NCBI RefSeq assembly: GCF_006345805.1
Contig: NC_042998.1
Location: forward strand, 64,790,001 to 64,854,000
Direction: 5' to 3'
Source: Octopus sinensis
Lineage: Eukaryota
DNA length: 64,000 nt
Part shown: in pieces, positions 25,741-39,285 of the stretch
Layout: each line of letters begins with the position of its first letter
Position numbering within the stretch: position 1 is the stretch's first letter
Position numbers and translations under genes: made by a program
The notes under the pieces: generated by a model
Databases searched by the model: none
What the model was told of the DNA's origin: nothing
Seen by the model: only the letters and a program-made list of their open reading frames with translations

Positions 25741-26073
25741 TGCCTTATGGCAGACGAAGTAGTCAATGTTGTCGTGGCGGTGCTCAGAAGCCGAAATGCT
25801 ATTTGTCCGGCGGTCACGTGAGAGGAGAAGAGAGAGAAAAAGAGGCAAAGGAATCAAAGAGAGAGAGAGAGAGAAAAAGGACAAAGGCACCAAAAAGAGG
25901 GAGAAGAGAGAAAAAGAAGGAATTAAAGAGGGGAGAATAAAGAGAGCGTGCCAAGGATTGGCTTGACAACAGAAAGGCAGGGTCAGTGAGGTGCAAAGTG
26001 AGAAAGACAGAGACTAGTGAAGTATAGAGAAAGTGTGTGTAGGAGTCATATATATATATATATATATATACAG

Positions 26074-26123
<50 letters not shown>

Positions 26124-26280
26124 ATAAACATAATAAATAATATTAGTGTAAAATTATAGAAATTATTATTACCAGTGGCCTAGCACAAAAAATAGTTAAT
26201 AGACTATATATTATTCACACTAAATAATTTACACGATATACATATATATATATATATATATATAATATATATATATATAT

Positions 26281-26620
26281 AATAAAATATTAGGGAATAA
26301 ATCCAAACTTACAGGGAAAAATCAGATTTAGGATTAAATCCAATTATATAGTATAAATATATTATATCATATTATATTAAATTAGAGATAAAACCACTAT
26401 TAGGCAAATCAAACAATGAAAAACGTAAGCCAATACATAAAATTAATTAATTTATATTATTTTAAATATATATCAAAAGTATTAAAAGTTTAATAAAAGA
26501 TAAACTTTTAATACTTTTGATATATATTTAAAATAATATAAATTAATTAATTTTATGTATTGGCTTATGTTTTTCATTGTTTGATTTGCCTAATAGTGGT
26601 TTTATCTCTAATTTAATATA
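26281..26620. repeat. Near-perfect 120-bp-arm inverted repeat in a PLE-like stub
   Basis: Arms 26373-26492 and 26501-26620; homologous to 59580-59888 and 47200-47300. Confidence 0.85.
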
Positions 26621-27614
26621 TATATATATATATTTATGCAGTGTGTGTGTGTGTGTGTTTGCATGTATGTATGCATGCCTGAAATCGAGTTAAAATTAAA
26701 TAATTAACTTATAGACTGTTTTAAACAATATTTGGTAGTTAAATCGAAACGTTAAATTGCTCATAGAACTTTATTTGATCGTGTGCTAAAATTCCCGTAA
26801 AGATGGAAAACTTGCGAGCAAAATTTCAATAAAGTTTCCCCGTGTTTCTATTCTAAGTAAAAACTGAATTTAAGACTTCTAAGTAAAAAGAATCCGAAAC
26901 CGAAAGCAAAGATGAAACCTAAAGATAAGGAGTATCATAGGATTGATGTAATATATTAATTTCAAATAAAAAGAAACACGTTCCTTTGCTTTGCGGATCT
27001 AATGAAAGATTAAACTGATAAATCAGAACAGCAGAATCGCTGCAGGATAATGGGAAATCAAAAATGTAATATTTATCGTAATAAAGCCATTGATGGATTG
27101 AAACTTTCTCTTGAAAGATTGTAAAAAGATATGTTGTATTTCTGAAAAAAGCATATCAAAGAGATATGATCAATATATTCCTTAGTTTTCATAAAGGTGA
27201 ATTGATATCATACCAGATTATTTCAAAAAATGTAGAAATTGCTAACATTTTGTAGAATATATACTTGTTCTTGTATTTGCACAAGCGTAAAATTGGAAGA
27301 AATTTGTTGATAATGAGAGAGAGAGGGGGGGAAACATAGAGAAAGAGAGCAAATGATTATCTTGATTCAGTGTCACTTCTCTCAATTTAAAAATTGTCAT
27401 TATGTTTTATTCCTCTAACATATAGAAGTTCCTGAATAACGTTTTTCAGTCACTGTATTATTTGTGTGCAGCTGTCAGAAAATGCAGCCAAATATGAATA
27501 AGTAACGAAATCTGCATATGTGTAGGGTCAGATATTTTCGCTGGTGTTAAATGTCTATTCTGATTCGTTTCGTAGGTGTGATTTGATGTGTATTTATTAA
27601 ACATTCAGCCAAGG

Positions 27615-28741
27615 TTTGCCGACACTAAGTAACCGGAAATATTCTCTGGGAAAAGCCAGGAGTAGTTCAGACCTCCGCCGCTAGAAGCCACTTGATGTGA
27701 TGCTCAGGTATCAGTCTGCCGATGGGAGTCATCGGTTGCAGTAAAACTACCACGTGGTGCCTCATTGTTTAGCACTGCTTATCTCTTTTTCGTCGATTTG
27801 TGTGATGACTCAAACGATGGAATAGCATGCTTTTGTGAAATTTTATATTATGCGGGAAAACAGCTTACGAGTACACTAGTGGTTTTCACGGTTTATGAAT
27901 GGTCAGTTGTCGCTTGAAGTCCAACCATGTTAAGGGCGACCGTCGACCTCCCGAACGAATGAAAACATCATAAAAATTCATGAACTGAGATTAGAGGACC
28001 GTCGCCGAACAATATACTAAATTGTTGATATGACTGGTGTTTCCTGGAGCTTCTGCCAACGAATTTTGAGCGAGGAATGGTGAATGAAAAGAGTTGCAGC
28101 CAAATTTGTGCCTCGCTTGACCATAGAAGATCAAAAGTAGTCACGAATGTATCTATACCGTAAACTGAAAGAACAGAAGTTCATTCGGACCTTTTTCCAA
28201 AGGTTATCACTGGTATTGAAATCTGGTGCTACGGCTAAGACCCGGAAACGAAGCAGCAATTAAGTCAATAGAAGCATTTAATGTCAATACGCCCCCAAGA
28301 AGCGCGTCAAGTAAAGTCCAAAGTCAAACGATGTCGTTTTATGTGGTAAAATGGAGTGGTGATTTCATTGCGACAATGCGCCTGCACACCCTGTCTTGGG
28401 TATGAAACAGTTTTTTACTAAAATGGTCTGACATCGCATACCCATACTCCCTCTTCATCCGATCTTGCTCCTTACGAGTTTTTGTTTTTGCTCCACCGAA
28501 TGAAAAAGTACTTAAAGGAAAACGTTTTGCAAATGTGGAAGAGGTGAAGAAAGACACGTGGGGTGAGTTCAAAGGCATCATGTCGTAAGAGACTGCTTCG
28601 AGGGTTGAAAATATCGTCTGGACCGATGCATTGCTTCAAATGGAGAATACTTTAAAAGCGATGAAAGTGTAAACATGTTGAAGTAAGTTGAAAAAATAAT
28701 ATTGCAAAATTCCGAGGTGGGGGTCTTCGTACACCCTCATA
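27615..28741 (+). mobile_element. Degenerate mariner (DD34D) element
   Basis: Remnants KFVPR, ITG.E.WCYG.DPETKQQ, DNAPAH, PYS..DLAP. The right end ...gtacaccctcata resembles a mariner TIR; the left boundary is approximate. Confidence 0.75.
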
Positions 28742-29801
28742 TCTTGGAGATATAGTGTGATAGATCTAATGAGAGGTACAATATTTTACTGTGTGTTTAG
28801 CTCATAAAAATAATCTTTTATATGAGGAATTTAGGATTTATATAATGCTTGATGGATTCATTATTGAAATATAGATACGTGACTGATTTTTCTTATTTCT
28901 TTAATCATTAAATGTATTTCAATGAATATAGCCAAACTGTCTGCAAATGCGCAAAATTGTAACGAATTAGTTATCGCATTCTTGGTTCGAACACGTTAAT
29001 ATTTGATTTTGGACATTAATACTTTTAAAGAGAAAGAAACACATGGAGAACTGAAGCTCATGTAATACACGGGTTTATTGAATGCTTCTATACAAATGAA
29101 AGAATATCGGAATATTTTTGCTGATTTTCATGGTATTGTTCTTTAGTTGTGGCTATCCGGATGACAGGATCAAAATCATAATGGAATTTATAAGCCTAAT
29201 CATGCAATATGAATTAACAGTTTTTTCAGAAAACTACGTACGTCTCAATTTACAAAATAGTCCAATGTTATGTATTCTATGAGAAATAAACAAACGTTAG
29301 CTTTATGCTGAATATGCTATTTTAATTTGCCTACGTTTTTCAGATTAAATATGAAAATCCTAAAAATTACGTACTTACCACAATACTGGTTTTACCGCAT
29401 TATTTTATGCAATTATTTTGGGTTCACCAAAATATATATTTTGTGCCTATATAATCTCCTGAGAATAAAAAAAAGCAAAATTATGGTTAGTAGATATACG
29501 ATTTACAGAAGATTGACTCTACTATCGCATAAACATCCATGATATAAACATTATATGGAAGACAAGTCATTTTATTATCTTCATAACATAGTTTTATATA
29601 TTTTGGTTTCTTGTTCTATGATTGTTGTGTACTATTTTTAGTGTCATATTATATATAATATTCCTGATACAAAGACCTTAAGATAAAATATTTACATATA
29701 AAAATAAGTAATGATGCGATTAGTATAAATATAAATCACGGACGTCCGATATATATTTATTTCTACTTAATTACAAATATCTAAGTGCGTTGTAAGAAAT
29801 T

Positions 29802-29933
<132 letters not shown>

Positions 29934-30119
29934 ATATATATATATATATATATATCTTTGGTGTTACAAGGAATTTTGTTGGTCTCTCGCTTAACTGCAC
30001 CCCACACATAATATTTAATGGGGTTTCAGTTAGGTGGTCAGATGTTAATGATGTTGTGGTCGCAGAAATTGTCTGACAACCATGAAAATTGTCTGACAAA
30101 AGAAAATGTCGGCAGTTTA

Positions 30120-30916
30120 CAGGATGCATCCTGTAAACTGCCGACATTTTCTTTTATTTTCAATTGCACAATGCGCAGGCTCCTTTTGAAGTTGTCGACA
30201 ACACAGTATAGTAGGGTCAATTGTGAGAAAAAAAAGCATTTTTACGCAATTCATTCTGCCTGAAATTTTGAAACGACATGTTGCACTTCTATTCATTCGC
30301 GCCGGAAGCTCAATTAACTACACTTGAGAGCTTTTTGATGTCAATCTGAGGAGAGTGCAAATAATTCGGCAAAAGTTGAGTGGGTCTAATGGTGATTACA
30401 AAATTTCAGTCTGATCGTCTGCGTGGAGGAGGTAGTGGTGCCCTGGGTCAAGAGCGTGGCTGTTGGAAAACATTTGCGTAGCAACAGGACTGTGCACCAG
30501 GACACACACGCAGGAGAACCAGGTCATGGTTGTCAGACAATTTCTGCGACCACAACATCATTAACATCTGACCACCTAACTGAAACCCCATTAAATATTA
30601 TGTGTGGGGTGCAGTTAAGCGAGAGACCAACAAAATTCCTTGTAACACCAAAGATGAACTAAAGGCAAGGGTTATAGAAGTATTCACCAACTTTAATAAG
30701 GAGAGAGTCAGGAAGTGTTACAGGAGATTCTGAAGTTTTCTTGCAGTCGTGGTTAAACCCAATGATGATTTTATTGAATAAATTTATTATTTCCTATTTC
30801 AAGATATTTTAATATAACTTTTATGTATTTTCGGTACATATATCTGTTAAAATGAGATGTGAGACTTATTTTTATGTTTGCTCGATTTAGACGACAATTT
30901 CTTTACCGCAACCTGT
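30120..30916 (+). mobile_element. Degenerate Tc1/mariner-superfamily element (maT/DD37D-like), internally deleted
   Basis: [41 protein letters not shown]. Ends CAGG.. and ..CCTG-TA. Confidence 0.65.
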
Positions 30917-30962
30917 ATATGTACTCATATATGAAACACATTTTATACATATATATATATAT

Positions 30963-30996
<34 letters not shown>

Positions 30997-31189
30997 ATAT
31001 AAATTGTACAGTTTCAGGTCAGATCTGCGGCCATGCTGACGCACCGCCGTTTATATATATATATTATATATATTGTAAAGTATAGAAGCCATCTTATCAT
31101 GGCTAACCACATTGGGGAGGGGATGTTACTGTAGCTTTATAGCCCCAAGAGATCTTCGTCTCTAGCTGGCTCTAAACACAATATCTATG

Positions 31190-31243
31190 CTTACTGTTCG
31201 TTTTTCGGAGTTAATTCATAAGAATTTTCTCCTCTTCAGCGGC
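31190..31243 (-). ncRNA. Hammerhead-like motif, intact core and stem II, poor stems I and III
   Basis: Minus strand: CTGAAGA GGAG aaaattcttatgaattaa CTCC GAAA. Confidence 0.45.
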
Positions 31244-31711
31244 AAATACGCGAGATATAAGTGAAATACTTAGTCATACCCATGGAAAAAGCAAGCACTA
31301 AGTCCTTAGCAGACCTAAGTACCCCAAATATATCCAAAATAGAAAATCTTCGGCACATCGCGAGACACGTGTGATTCGAACTAGAAACTTTCACAGAATG
31401 AGATAATCCGGAAGTGAACACTATTCAATTTATAACTAATGTAGGATAACATTTTTTTCGGGAAAAAAAGTTCATCAATAGCCAGTATATAAAAAAAAAA
31501 ACCTTTAAAGGTTACATTTCTATCGGTTTGTTTTCGAGACACGTAAATTATAATGGTTATTGACAATTTTTGTTCCGGCATATTTGACGTTAGAATTTTT
31601 CTTTTGCCCTTATCTTGTACATTATTTATAAATTTAACCTTTAAAGGTATTTTTTGATATGCTGGCCATTGATGAAATTTTCTTCCCGAAAAAAATTTTA
31701 TCCTACATTAG

Positions 31712-31769
<58 letters not shown>

Positions 31770-31844
31770 GGTGATGCATCAGCATGGCGGCAGATCTGGC
31801 TTGAAACTATAGAATATATATATATATATATGTGTGTGTCTTTG

Positions 31845-32055
31845 TGTCTATGTTTGTTCTCCACACCGTTGCTTGACAACAGATGCTGGTGTGTTTACGT
31901 CCCTCTAACCTAGCAGTTCAGCAAAAGTGATCAGCAGAATAAGTAATGGGCTTACAAAGAATAAGTCCTGGGGGTGATTTTTTGACGATATGTCCCATTA
32001 AGGAGGTGCTCCACCATAGCCGCAATGAAATAACTGAAACAAGTTAAAGAATAAA
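31845..32055 (+). mobile_element. SINE family A, 3' half
   Basis: gcttgacaac..gtgtttacgtccc..gaataagtcctgggg..GGTGCTCCA..CTGAAACAAG. Confidence 0.7.
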
Positions 32056-32114
32056 GGAACATAAGTATATATGTATATATATAATCAAAATAAGCAACAG
32101 GATATGCAGAGGTG

Positions 32115-32202
32115 ATGCAATACAACCGTTTCAAGAGTCTCCATTTAATTGAACAATGCAATCACTACATCAATTTAAATGCAGAGCAATCCTCAGCTGC
32201 AT
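32115..32202 (-). ncRNA. Type I hammerhead-like motif
   Basis: Minus strand: ATGCAG CTGAGGA ..ctctgcatttaa..ttaaatggag.. GAAAC GGTT GTA TTGCAT. Six-bp stem I; the base of stem II is eroded. Confidence 0.55.
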
Positions 32203-35200
32203 AAATAAATCTTGTTAGAGGGTAAGAAGATAGATAAATTTGTTAGGGTTGTAGTTTGTCACTGATTTTTGTGCTCTTACTCTCGGAGCAACAGCGCCTG
32301 ACAGCGTGTCAACTATGCATTATTAATAACATGCAAATACAAACCTAGAAGAAAACAGTTGACACTGTTTTCTTCCAGGTGCGGAGCACTGATGTTAAAC
32401 CTTCGGTTGCGCGCGCTTACTGGTCACCTTCCTTCACCCTTTTTCTAGGTAATAATTACAGATATTCTGAGAGTCGTACTCGTGTTGTGCAAAAGTTTAT
32501 CACCATAATCCGTGGGTGTATAAATGTTTCTTTATAACGACATTTTTTTCTGATTTGTCATTCCATCTACGGAAAGATTTATGGCAATGGTGAAGTAGCA
32601 TCATATGCAGACGTAATCATCTGAAATTACATAGCAGCGAGACTGAATAATCATCTGAAAGTTCACAAACAGAAAGACCAACATGCCATTGACAACGAGG
32701 AAACACAAGGAGACTGCTATCGTCTGTGAAGTTGGTGCAATTACCATGTGTGTGTATATAAGTATGTATGTATATATGTATGTAGAACTTTATGATAAAG
32801 ATTGCAGTTTGCTTCAGTCTCAGCAAATAAATGATAAAATATTAAGGTATTCATTTATTTAATTAACAAAAAAACCTGGTAAAAATTCTAGTTCTGACCT
32901 CAGTAATTACGGCGTACTTCGGAAGCTATAAATTGCAATCAATATGCTGCTCTTGGTTTTCTAATGTTTTAATTTAGAAAATAGGAAAAGAAGAAAATAA
33001 TTCCGGTGTTAATGCAATATTCATCTAATTATATGATATACAAACGTAAAATTATTCGTTAGATTAAAAGAGAAAGAAGTGCGATGACATATGTGTTAGT
33101 AGTTAACTAACAGAAACGATTTTGATTGAGATGCGAAGAAGAAAATTTAGTAAAAACAGGAAACAGAATGATTAGTTTCGATTTTCCAGTTCTTCATTGC
33201 GACAGAGTGAGCAGTAAATAATTGGACGGTATCAGATATAAATAGGAAGCAGTGATACAAGTGCATTGATTGGCTGAAATGTCGAGAAAGTTAAGATAGA
33301 GAACCAAATGTTTTGCTCATATTAATATATTATGTTACTAACCATAAATTAATTTATTCATTGCACAGGTCTTTACAAATTCAAATGAAATCCAACTAAA
33401 GATCAATTTCAAAATCGCAGATATCTTACCCATCAAGGGTTATATCACTGGAGATATTTTATAAGGCAGATGAATGCGATTTTTATAGAAATATTACCCA
33501 GGGGCAGAGTAAGTTTCATACTTAAAGACAGGTGAAACCGACGTTAGTCTATTACGTTGTATCATATTAACATGGTTATCATACTCTTAAATTTCCAATT
33601 AATTTCATAATTATTGAAATAAAAATTCTGAAGGGCTTATAAACTACTTTTTTGAATTTAATATTATTTACCTGTTCGGATTACAAAAATAACGTACTTA
33701 CTATCAGAATTTCATAGAATATATTGGAATAATCTTTTAATATTTGAGCATATAAAGGAATAGATACGGACTGGCATAAATCTATTAAAGTATAATTTTA
33801 AAAGAGTTGATTATCTTTCGGTATCTCCTTATAATTTCCAAATTTTCAGGTTTTTCAAGTTTTTCGTTTGAATTAGCATTAGCAAAAGTAGAGAAAAAGT
33901 CGAATAAATTTGTAGCAAATATCACTGGTTTTAAAAGATGCATTTTACAGAAGCAAATTAAAATTAGTATTAAAAAAATCTTAGATCGATAAACTAAAAT
34001 GGACTAAAGGATTAAGTCTCGTAAAAAAATATTAAAACAAAAGGATGAAAACTGATTTTAAGTAATTATGATTTACTCGCAGTGGAAATTGTTGTAAGAT
34101 AAAAAAGAATTTATACATATTTAGTTAGAAATAAATCAGACTTTTAAAAATGATAATTAAAACGAAAAGAGAAAATATTAGTAATTTTAGGAAGAAGAAA
34201 CGAAAAAGAAACAAGAGATTACGGATTCAGACGGAAATAACGACTGAAATGGAGAAACGAAACGAAATTTTTATTTAGGTTTTGTTTGTTTGGTTAATAC
34301 AAAAATAAGGAAAAGCGATTAAGACCACAAAAAATCAAGTGAAAAGCTGTTTGTGTATTTAAACGGTGCTGTTACACCGATAGTGGTTGAAATTACGCTG
34401 TGATTTAGGTGGATAATGTCAACAGGAAATTGATTACATTACGAAAATTATTTTAAAATCCTTGTTTAATACTCGAAAATTAAATTTTAAAATTTAATAT
34501 GGTCTATGGAGTAGATTTAAATGTACTGATGCAGATCATTTTAAGATATGAAAATAAATTAATTAGAGTTTATATGAAATGAGTTGGCTAATATATTTTT
34601 CGGAATTAGACGCTCAATTTCATGATACTCAATGAACTTGCATTATGTAGGAAATTGTGGAGTTGATGATAGGAAATTAGAAACCAATAAATCATGTTGA
34701 CGATATTATAAAACGGCAAGATTATAATGACAGACAAAGAGCCATCTAGATGTGTTGTTTCTGTGTTCGAATTATATTTAAGTTTCTACATTTTCGTGTT
34801 TCCAGAGGAAGTTGTATTTCAATGTATACTTATAAGGGGTCTTTTAATCACTGCTTTACAGGAAAATCTGCTCTCACGATTCTTATATAATGTGTGTTCC
34901 TATTTAAATCTTTCAAATTGGTAGTTATTAGACTTATATAGCTGTGGTTAATTAATTATTTCTTGTTCTGATATTACAACACTACATTTAGCAATTTTCA
35001 CCATTAGTAGGTCGTTTAGAATGAAGGCTTTGTCTTATCGACAAACACTCACCTCAAGGGATATAAAAAGCTGTACACATCTCTTCTTGATTAGAAGAAA
35101 ATTAAACCTCATAAATATAACATGCACTTTAAATTTTGATTTACTGTTATACTTCAGTCACATATCTCCTTCTATTCAAATATCTTATATTCATAAAATA

Positions 35201-35426
35201 AAGCATCAAATGGATGATTCGGATGTAGAAGTAAGTTGATACTAAGGTGCATGTAAATTGATACTAAACTGACAAGGTTTCGCCAAGTTCGTAATCGGTA
35301 AATATCTCGGAGGGCTAAATTTCTAAGTATTGACATAAGACAAGATATATCAAACACACAAATGCGGGTCTGTACATGTATGTGTGTGTGAGTGCGTGTT
35401 TATGTATATGTGCATATATACATATA

Positions 35427-37051
35427 CACTTGCGTCGGAAATTAATTAGCACTTCTCAAATTTCTACATTTTCTTACATTTTCTTAATTTAATTCACTTA
35501 TCAGAAACGAACTCGTTTATAATCAAAAATTTATTAAAACATATCCCAGCACACCACATAATTGTTATTAATCGTGAAATTTAGTCAATATCTTGTTGCT
35601 CCTCCTTTGGCAGCAATGACTGCTGCTACGCCGGTCGGCATGCTGTCTATGAGTGCCTGCAGGTACTGTGCAGGGATGGCCCTACATGCAGCAAGAAGTG
35701 CCCCAAACAGCTTGTGTCGGTTCAGGTCAGGTGACTGGCCAGGCCAGTCCATGACCGTCACCCCATGGTCCTTGAAGAAACCGGTTGTGAGCTTGGCTGT
35801 GTGGGAAGGCACGTTGTCCTGCTGGAGCACGTACTCCTCGCCACCAAAGAGGTATCCCGTACTATCTCAACGCACTTTGCTGCGTTGATGTTGCCTTCGA
35901 CGGCATAGAGCCGCCCAACACCACTGTAGCTGAACGCTCCTCACACCATCAGACCACCCCCACCATGCTTCATGGTGAGAGCAATGCAGTCTTTGTTGAA
36001 GCGCTCACCCCTGCGGCGTCGCACATGGACAGGCTTGTCACTGACGAGACTGAATCGCGACTCGTCAGTGAACATCACTGTCCACTACTGCTGCACGGTC
36101 CATGTCTTGTGGGCACGGGCCCAGAGCAGCCGCCTCTTCCAGTTTTGGGCTGTAAGGAGCGGCTTATGGGCGGCCCTACAGGATTTTAGACCAGCTTCCA
36201 GTAATCTGGTCTTGACGGTGGTTGTAGACAACTGCTTCCCTGTCATCTTTTGCATCTCCTCCGCCAGTTGTACAGCGACTTTCGGATCAGCATCCGGTCC
36301 TCCCGCTGGGTCGTCAGCCTCTTCCGTCCCCTACCCTTTTTGTCAGCTGCTGATCCGGTTTCCTCGTATTTCTTAAATAAGCACTGAATTGTGCGCCTGG
36401 CTACACCAAGTTTTCTGGCTATTGCAGCCTCCGACAGCTTCCCACGCCACGAGAGAGCCTCGTACCGTCTCTCCATGGTCATGCGAGGTCTTGGGCCCAT
36501 CTAGGAATAAACGATAAAAACCAGTTATTTTCATTAAAACTATTCATTTGAATAATGTTATGCTATAACAAAACTGCTATGAGTTATTATTCATTAAACA
36601 AAAAAGAAAGAAGTCAGAATTTCTCACCTTATTTGATGTATAACAGAAAGTTTTATGAACCAGAAGTGTCGTCATCAAGCAGAGTGTAGGAGAATTTGTG
36701 AGGAAAATAATCTTGCAAATACACAAATCATTTAACCTACGAGCGGTTCAAAACGTCTTACGCGATGACAAAACTTAGTACGGTGTGATTTCGGTCCTTG
36801 CGAGGCGCTACCCATATCTATTAAACAAAGGAAGATTTGTCTGCATCCGCACTCCCAGTTGTTGTTGCACTGCTATGTCAACATCGTTAGGCTGTAGACT
36901 CTCAAACTGCTCTGCAAACAAAGTTACGTCATCGTTCTGCGCAAAAGTGAACTCACAACAAAGCAATAGTTCGAGATATGGCCACTAGGTGACAGCAAAT
37001 ACCTTGAGTGAAGAGAAAATCAAGGGTGCTAATTAATTTCTGGCGGTAGTG
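35427..37051 (-). mobile_element. Tc1-family DNA transposon with ~26-bp TIRs and TA flanks
   Basis: TA-CACTTGCGTCGGAAATTAATTAGCAC ... GTGCTAATTAATTTCTGGCGGTAGTG-TA. Confidence 0.9.
35585..36500 (-). pseudogene. Tc1 transposase, frameshifted and deleted
   Basis: AIARKLGV HTH, GRKRLTT, FTDESRF, QQDNVPSH, WPGQSPDLN, KGGATRY*. Confidence 0.88.
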
Positions 37052-37073
37052 TATATCTATATATATATATATA

Positions 37074-37123
<50 letters not shown>

Positions 37124-37244
37124 TCACAATCAAGGAACGGCCATAATAGGCCATTCACCCACTAGAAATAACAGCCAAAGCTTCAACCGCAAATAAACAT
37201 CAATTCCGTAAACCAGGAGAAAATTAAAAAACATTTACCCTGTA

Positions 37245-37350
37245 ATTTCTTATACGATGCACCGTTTCATCTACTGTTTAATGGTAAGCTAACCTGATTA
37301 AATAAATCAAGCCAATCTTCCATAGGCCCTTAGATTCATCAGTAAGAAAT
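37245..37350 (-). ncRNA. Type I hammerhead ribozyme, unit 1
   Basis: Minus strand: ATTTCTTA CTGATGA ATCTA (~57 nt) TAGAT GAAAC GGTGCATC GTA TAAGAAAT. Eight-bp stem I; predicted cleavage between 37253 and 37252. Confidence 0.9.
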
Positions 37351-37727
37351 AGCCAAGTCGGAACAGATATTTTCACGAGGCATTTCCGACCCTGCCTCGG
37401 CAATATCTGACCTAAAATTTTCAAATCATCGCACTCGCGCCAAATTTATCGGCAGCAAATAAATATAAGCCGCCGATTCCATTACGGAATTAACCAGAAA
37501 ATTCATAATTAATCAATATAGGGTGGCAAAAAATTTTGTACAATTTTTTTGCCACCAGCGGCCTAGTGGAAAAAATTAAATAGTCATAGACCATTTTTAA
37601 GTTCAACATCACAATCAAGGAACGGCCATAATAGGCCATTCACCCACTAGAAATAACAGCCAAAGCTTCAACCGCAATAAACATCAATTCCGTAAACCAG
37701 GAGAAAATTAAAAAACATTTCCCTGTA

Positions 37728-37833
37728 ATTTCTTATACGATGCACCGTTTCATCTACTGTTTAATGGTAAGCTAACCTGATTAAATTAAATCAAGCCAAT
37801 CTTCCATAGGCCCTTAGATTCATCAGTGAAAAT
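37728..37833 (-). ncRNA. Hammerhead, unit 2 (stem I altered)
   Basis: Same core; the plus strand reads tgaaaat instead of taagaaat. Confidence 0.75.
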
Positions 37834-38209
37834 AGCCAAGTCGGAACAGATATTTTCACGAGGCATTTCCGACCCTGCCTCGGCAATATCTGACCTAAAA
37901 TTTTCAAATCATCGCACTCGCGCCAATTTATCGGCAGCAAATAAATATAAGCCGCCGATTCCATTACGGAATTAACCAGAAAATTCATAATTAATCATAT
38001 AGGGTGGCAAAAAATTTTGTACAATTTTTTTGCCACCAGCGCCTAGTGGGAAAAAATTAAATAGTCATAGACCATTTTTAAGTTCAACATCACAATCAAG
38101 GAACGGCCATAATAGGCCATTCACCCACTAGAATAACAGCCAAAGCTTCAACCGCAAATAAACATCAATTCCGTAAACCAGGAGAAAATTAAAAAACATT
38201 TACCCTGTA

Positions 38210-38313
38210 ATTTCTTATAATGCACCGTTTCATCTACTGTTTAATGGTAAACTAACCTGATTAAATTAATCAAGCCAATCTTCCATAGGCCCTTAGATTC
38301 ATCAGTAAGAAAT
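38210..38313 (-). ncRNA. Hammerhead, unit 3 (2-nt deletion at stem III)
   Basis: Plus strand reads tataatgcacc instead of tatacgatgcacc. Confidence 0.7.
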
Positions 38314-38691
38314 AGCCAAGTCGGAACAGATATTTTCACGAGGCATTTCCGACCCTGCCTCGGCAATATCTGACCTAAAATTTTCAAATCATCGCACTCG
38401 CGCCAAATTTATCGGCAGCAAATAAATATAAGCCGCCGATTCCATTACGGAATTAACCAGAAAATTCATAATTATCAATATAGGGTGGCAAAAAATTTTG
38501 TACAATTTTTTTGCCACCAGCGGCCTAGTGGGAAAAAATTAAATAGTCATAGACCATTTTTAAGTTCAACATCACAATCAAGGAACGGCCATAATAGGCC
38601 ATTCACCCACTAGAAATAACAGCCAAAGCTCAACCGCAAATAAACATCAATTCCGTAAACCAGGAGAAAATTAAAAAACATTTACCCTGTA

Positions 38692-38798
38692 ATTTCTTAT
38701 ACGATGCACCGTTTCATCTACTGTTTAATGGTAAGCTAACCTGATTAAATTAAATCAAGCCAATCTTCCATAGGCCCTTAGATTCATCAGTAAGAAAT
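38692..38798 (-). ncRNA. Hammerhead, unit 4 (intact)
   Basis: Core and stems match unit 1. Confidence 0.9.
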
Positions 38799-39178
38799 AG
38801 CCAAGTCGGAACAGATATTTTCACGAGGCATTTCCGACCCTGCCTCGGCAATATCTGACCTAAAATTTTCAAATCATCGCACTCGCGCCAAAATTATCGG
38901 CAGCAAATAAATATAAGCCGCCGATTCCATTACGGAATTAACCAGAAAATTCATAATTAATCAATATAGGGTGGCAAAAAATTTTGTACAATTTTTTTGC
39001 CACCAGCGGCCTAGTGGGAAAATTATTAAATAGTCATAGACCATTTTTAAGTTCAACATCACAATCAAGGAACGGCCATAATAGGCCATTCACCCACTAG
39101 AAATAACAGCCAAAGCTTCAACCGCAATAAAACATCAATTCCGTAAACCAGGAGAAAATTAAAAAACATTTACCCTGT

Positions 39179-39285
39179 ATTTCTTATACGATGCACCGTT
39201 TCATCTACTGTTTAATGGTAAACTAACCTGATTAAATTAAATCAAGCCAATCTTCCATAGGCCCTTAGATTCATCAGTAAGAAAT
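39179..39285 (-). ncRNA. Hammerhead, unit 5 (intact)
   Basis: Core and stems match unit 1. Confidence 0.9.

Noticed and set aside
37791-37988. 65-aa ORF in the array
   Set aside because: Listed in only one unit, where it depends on unit-specific indels; it overlaps structured RNA.
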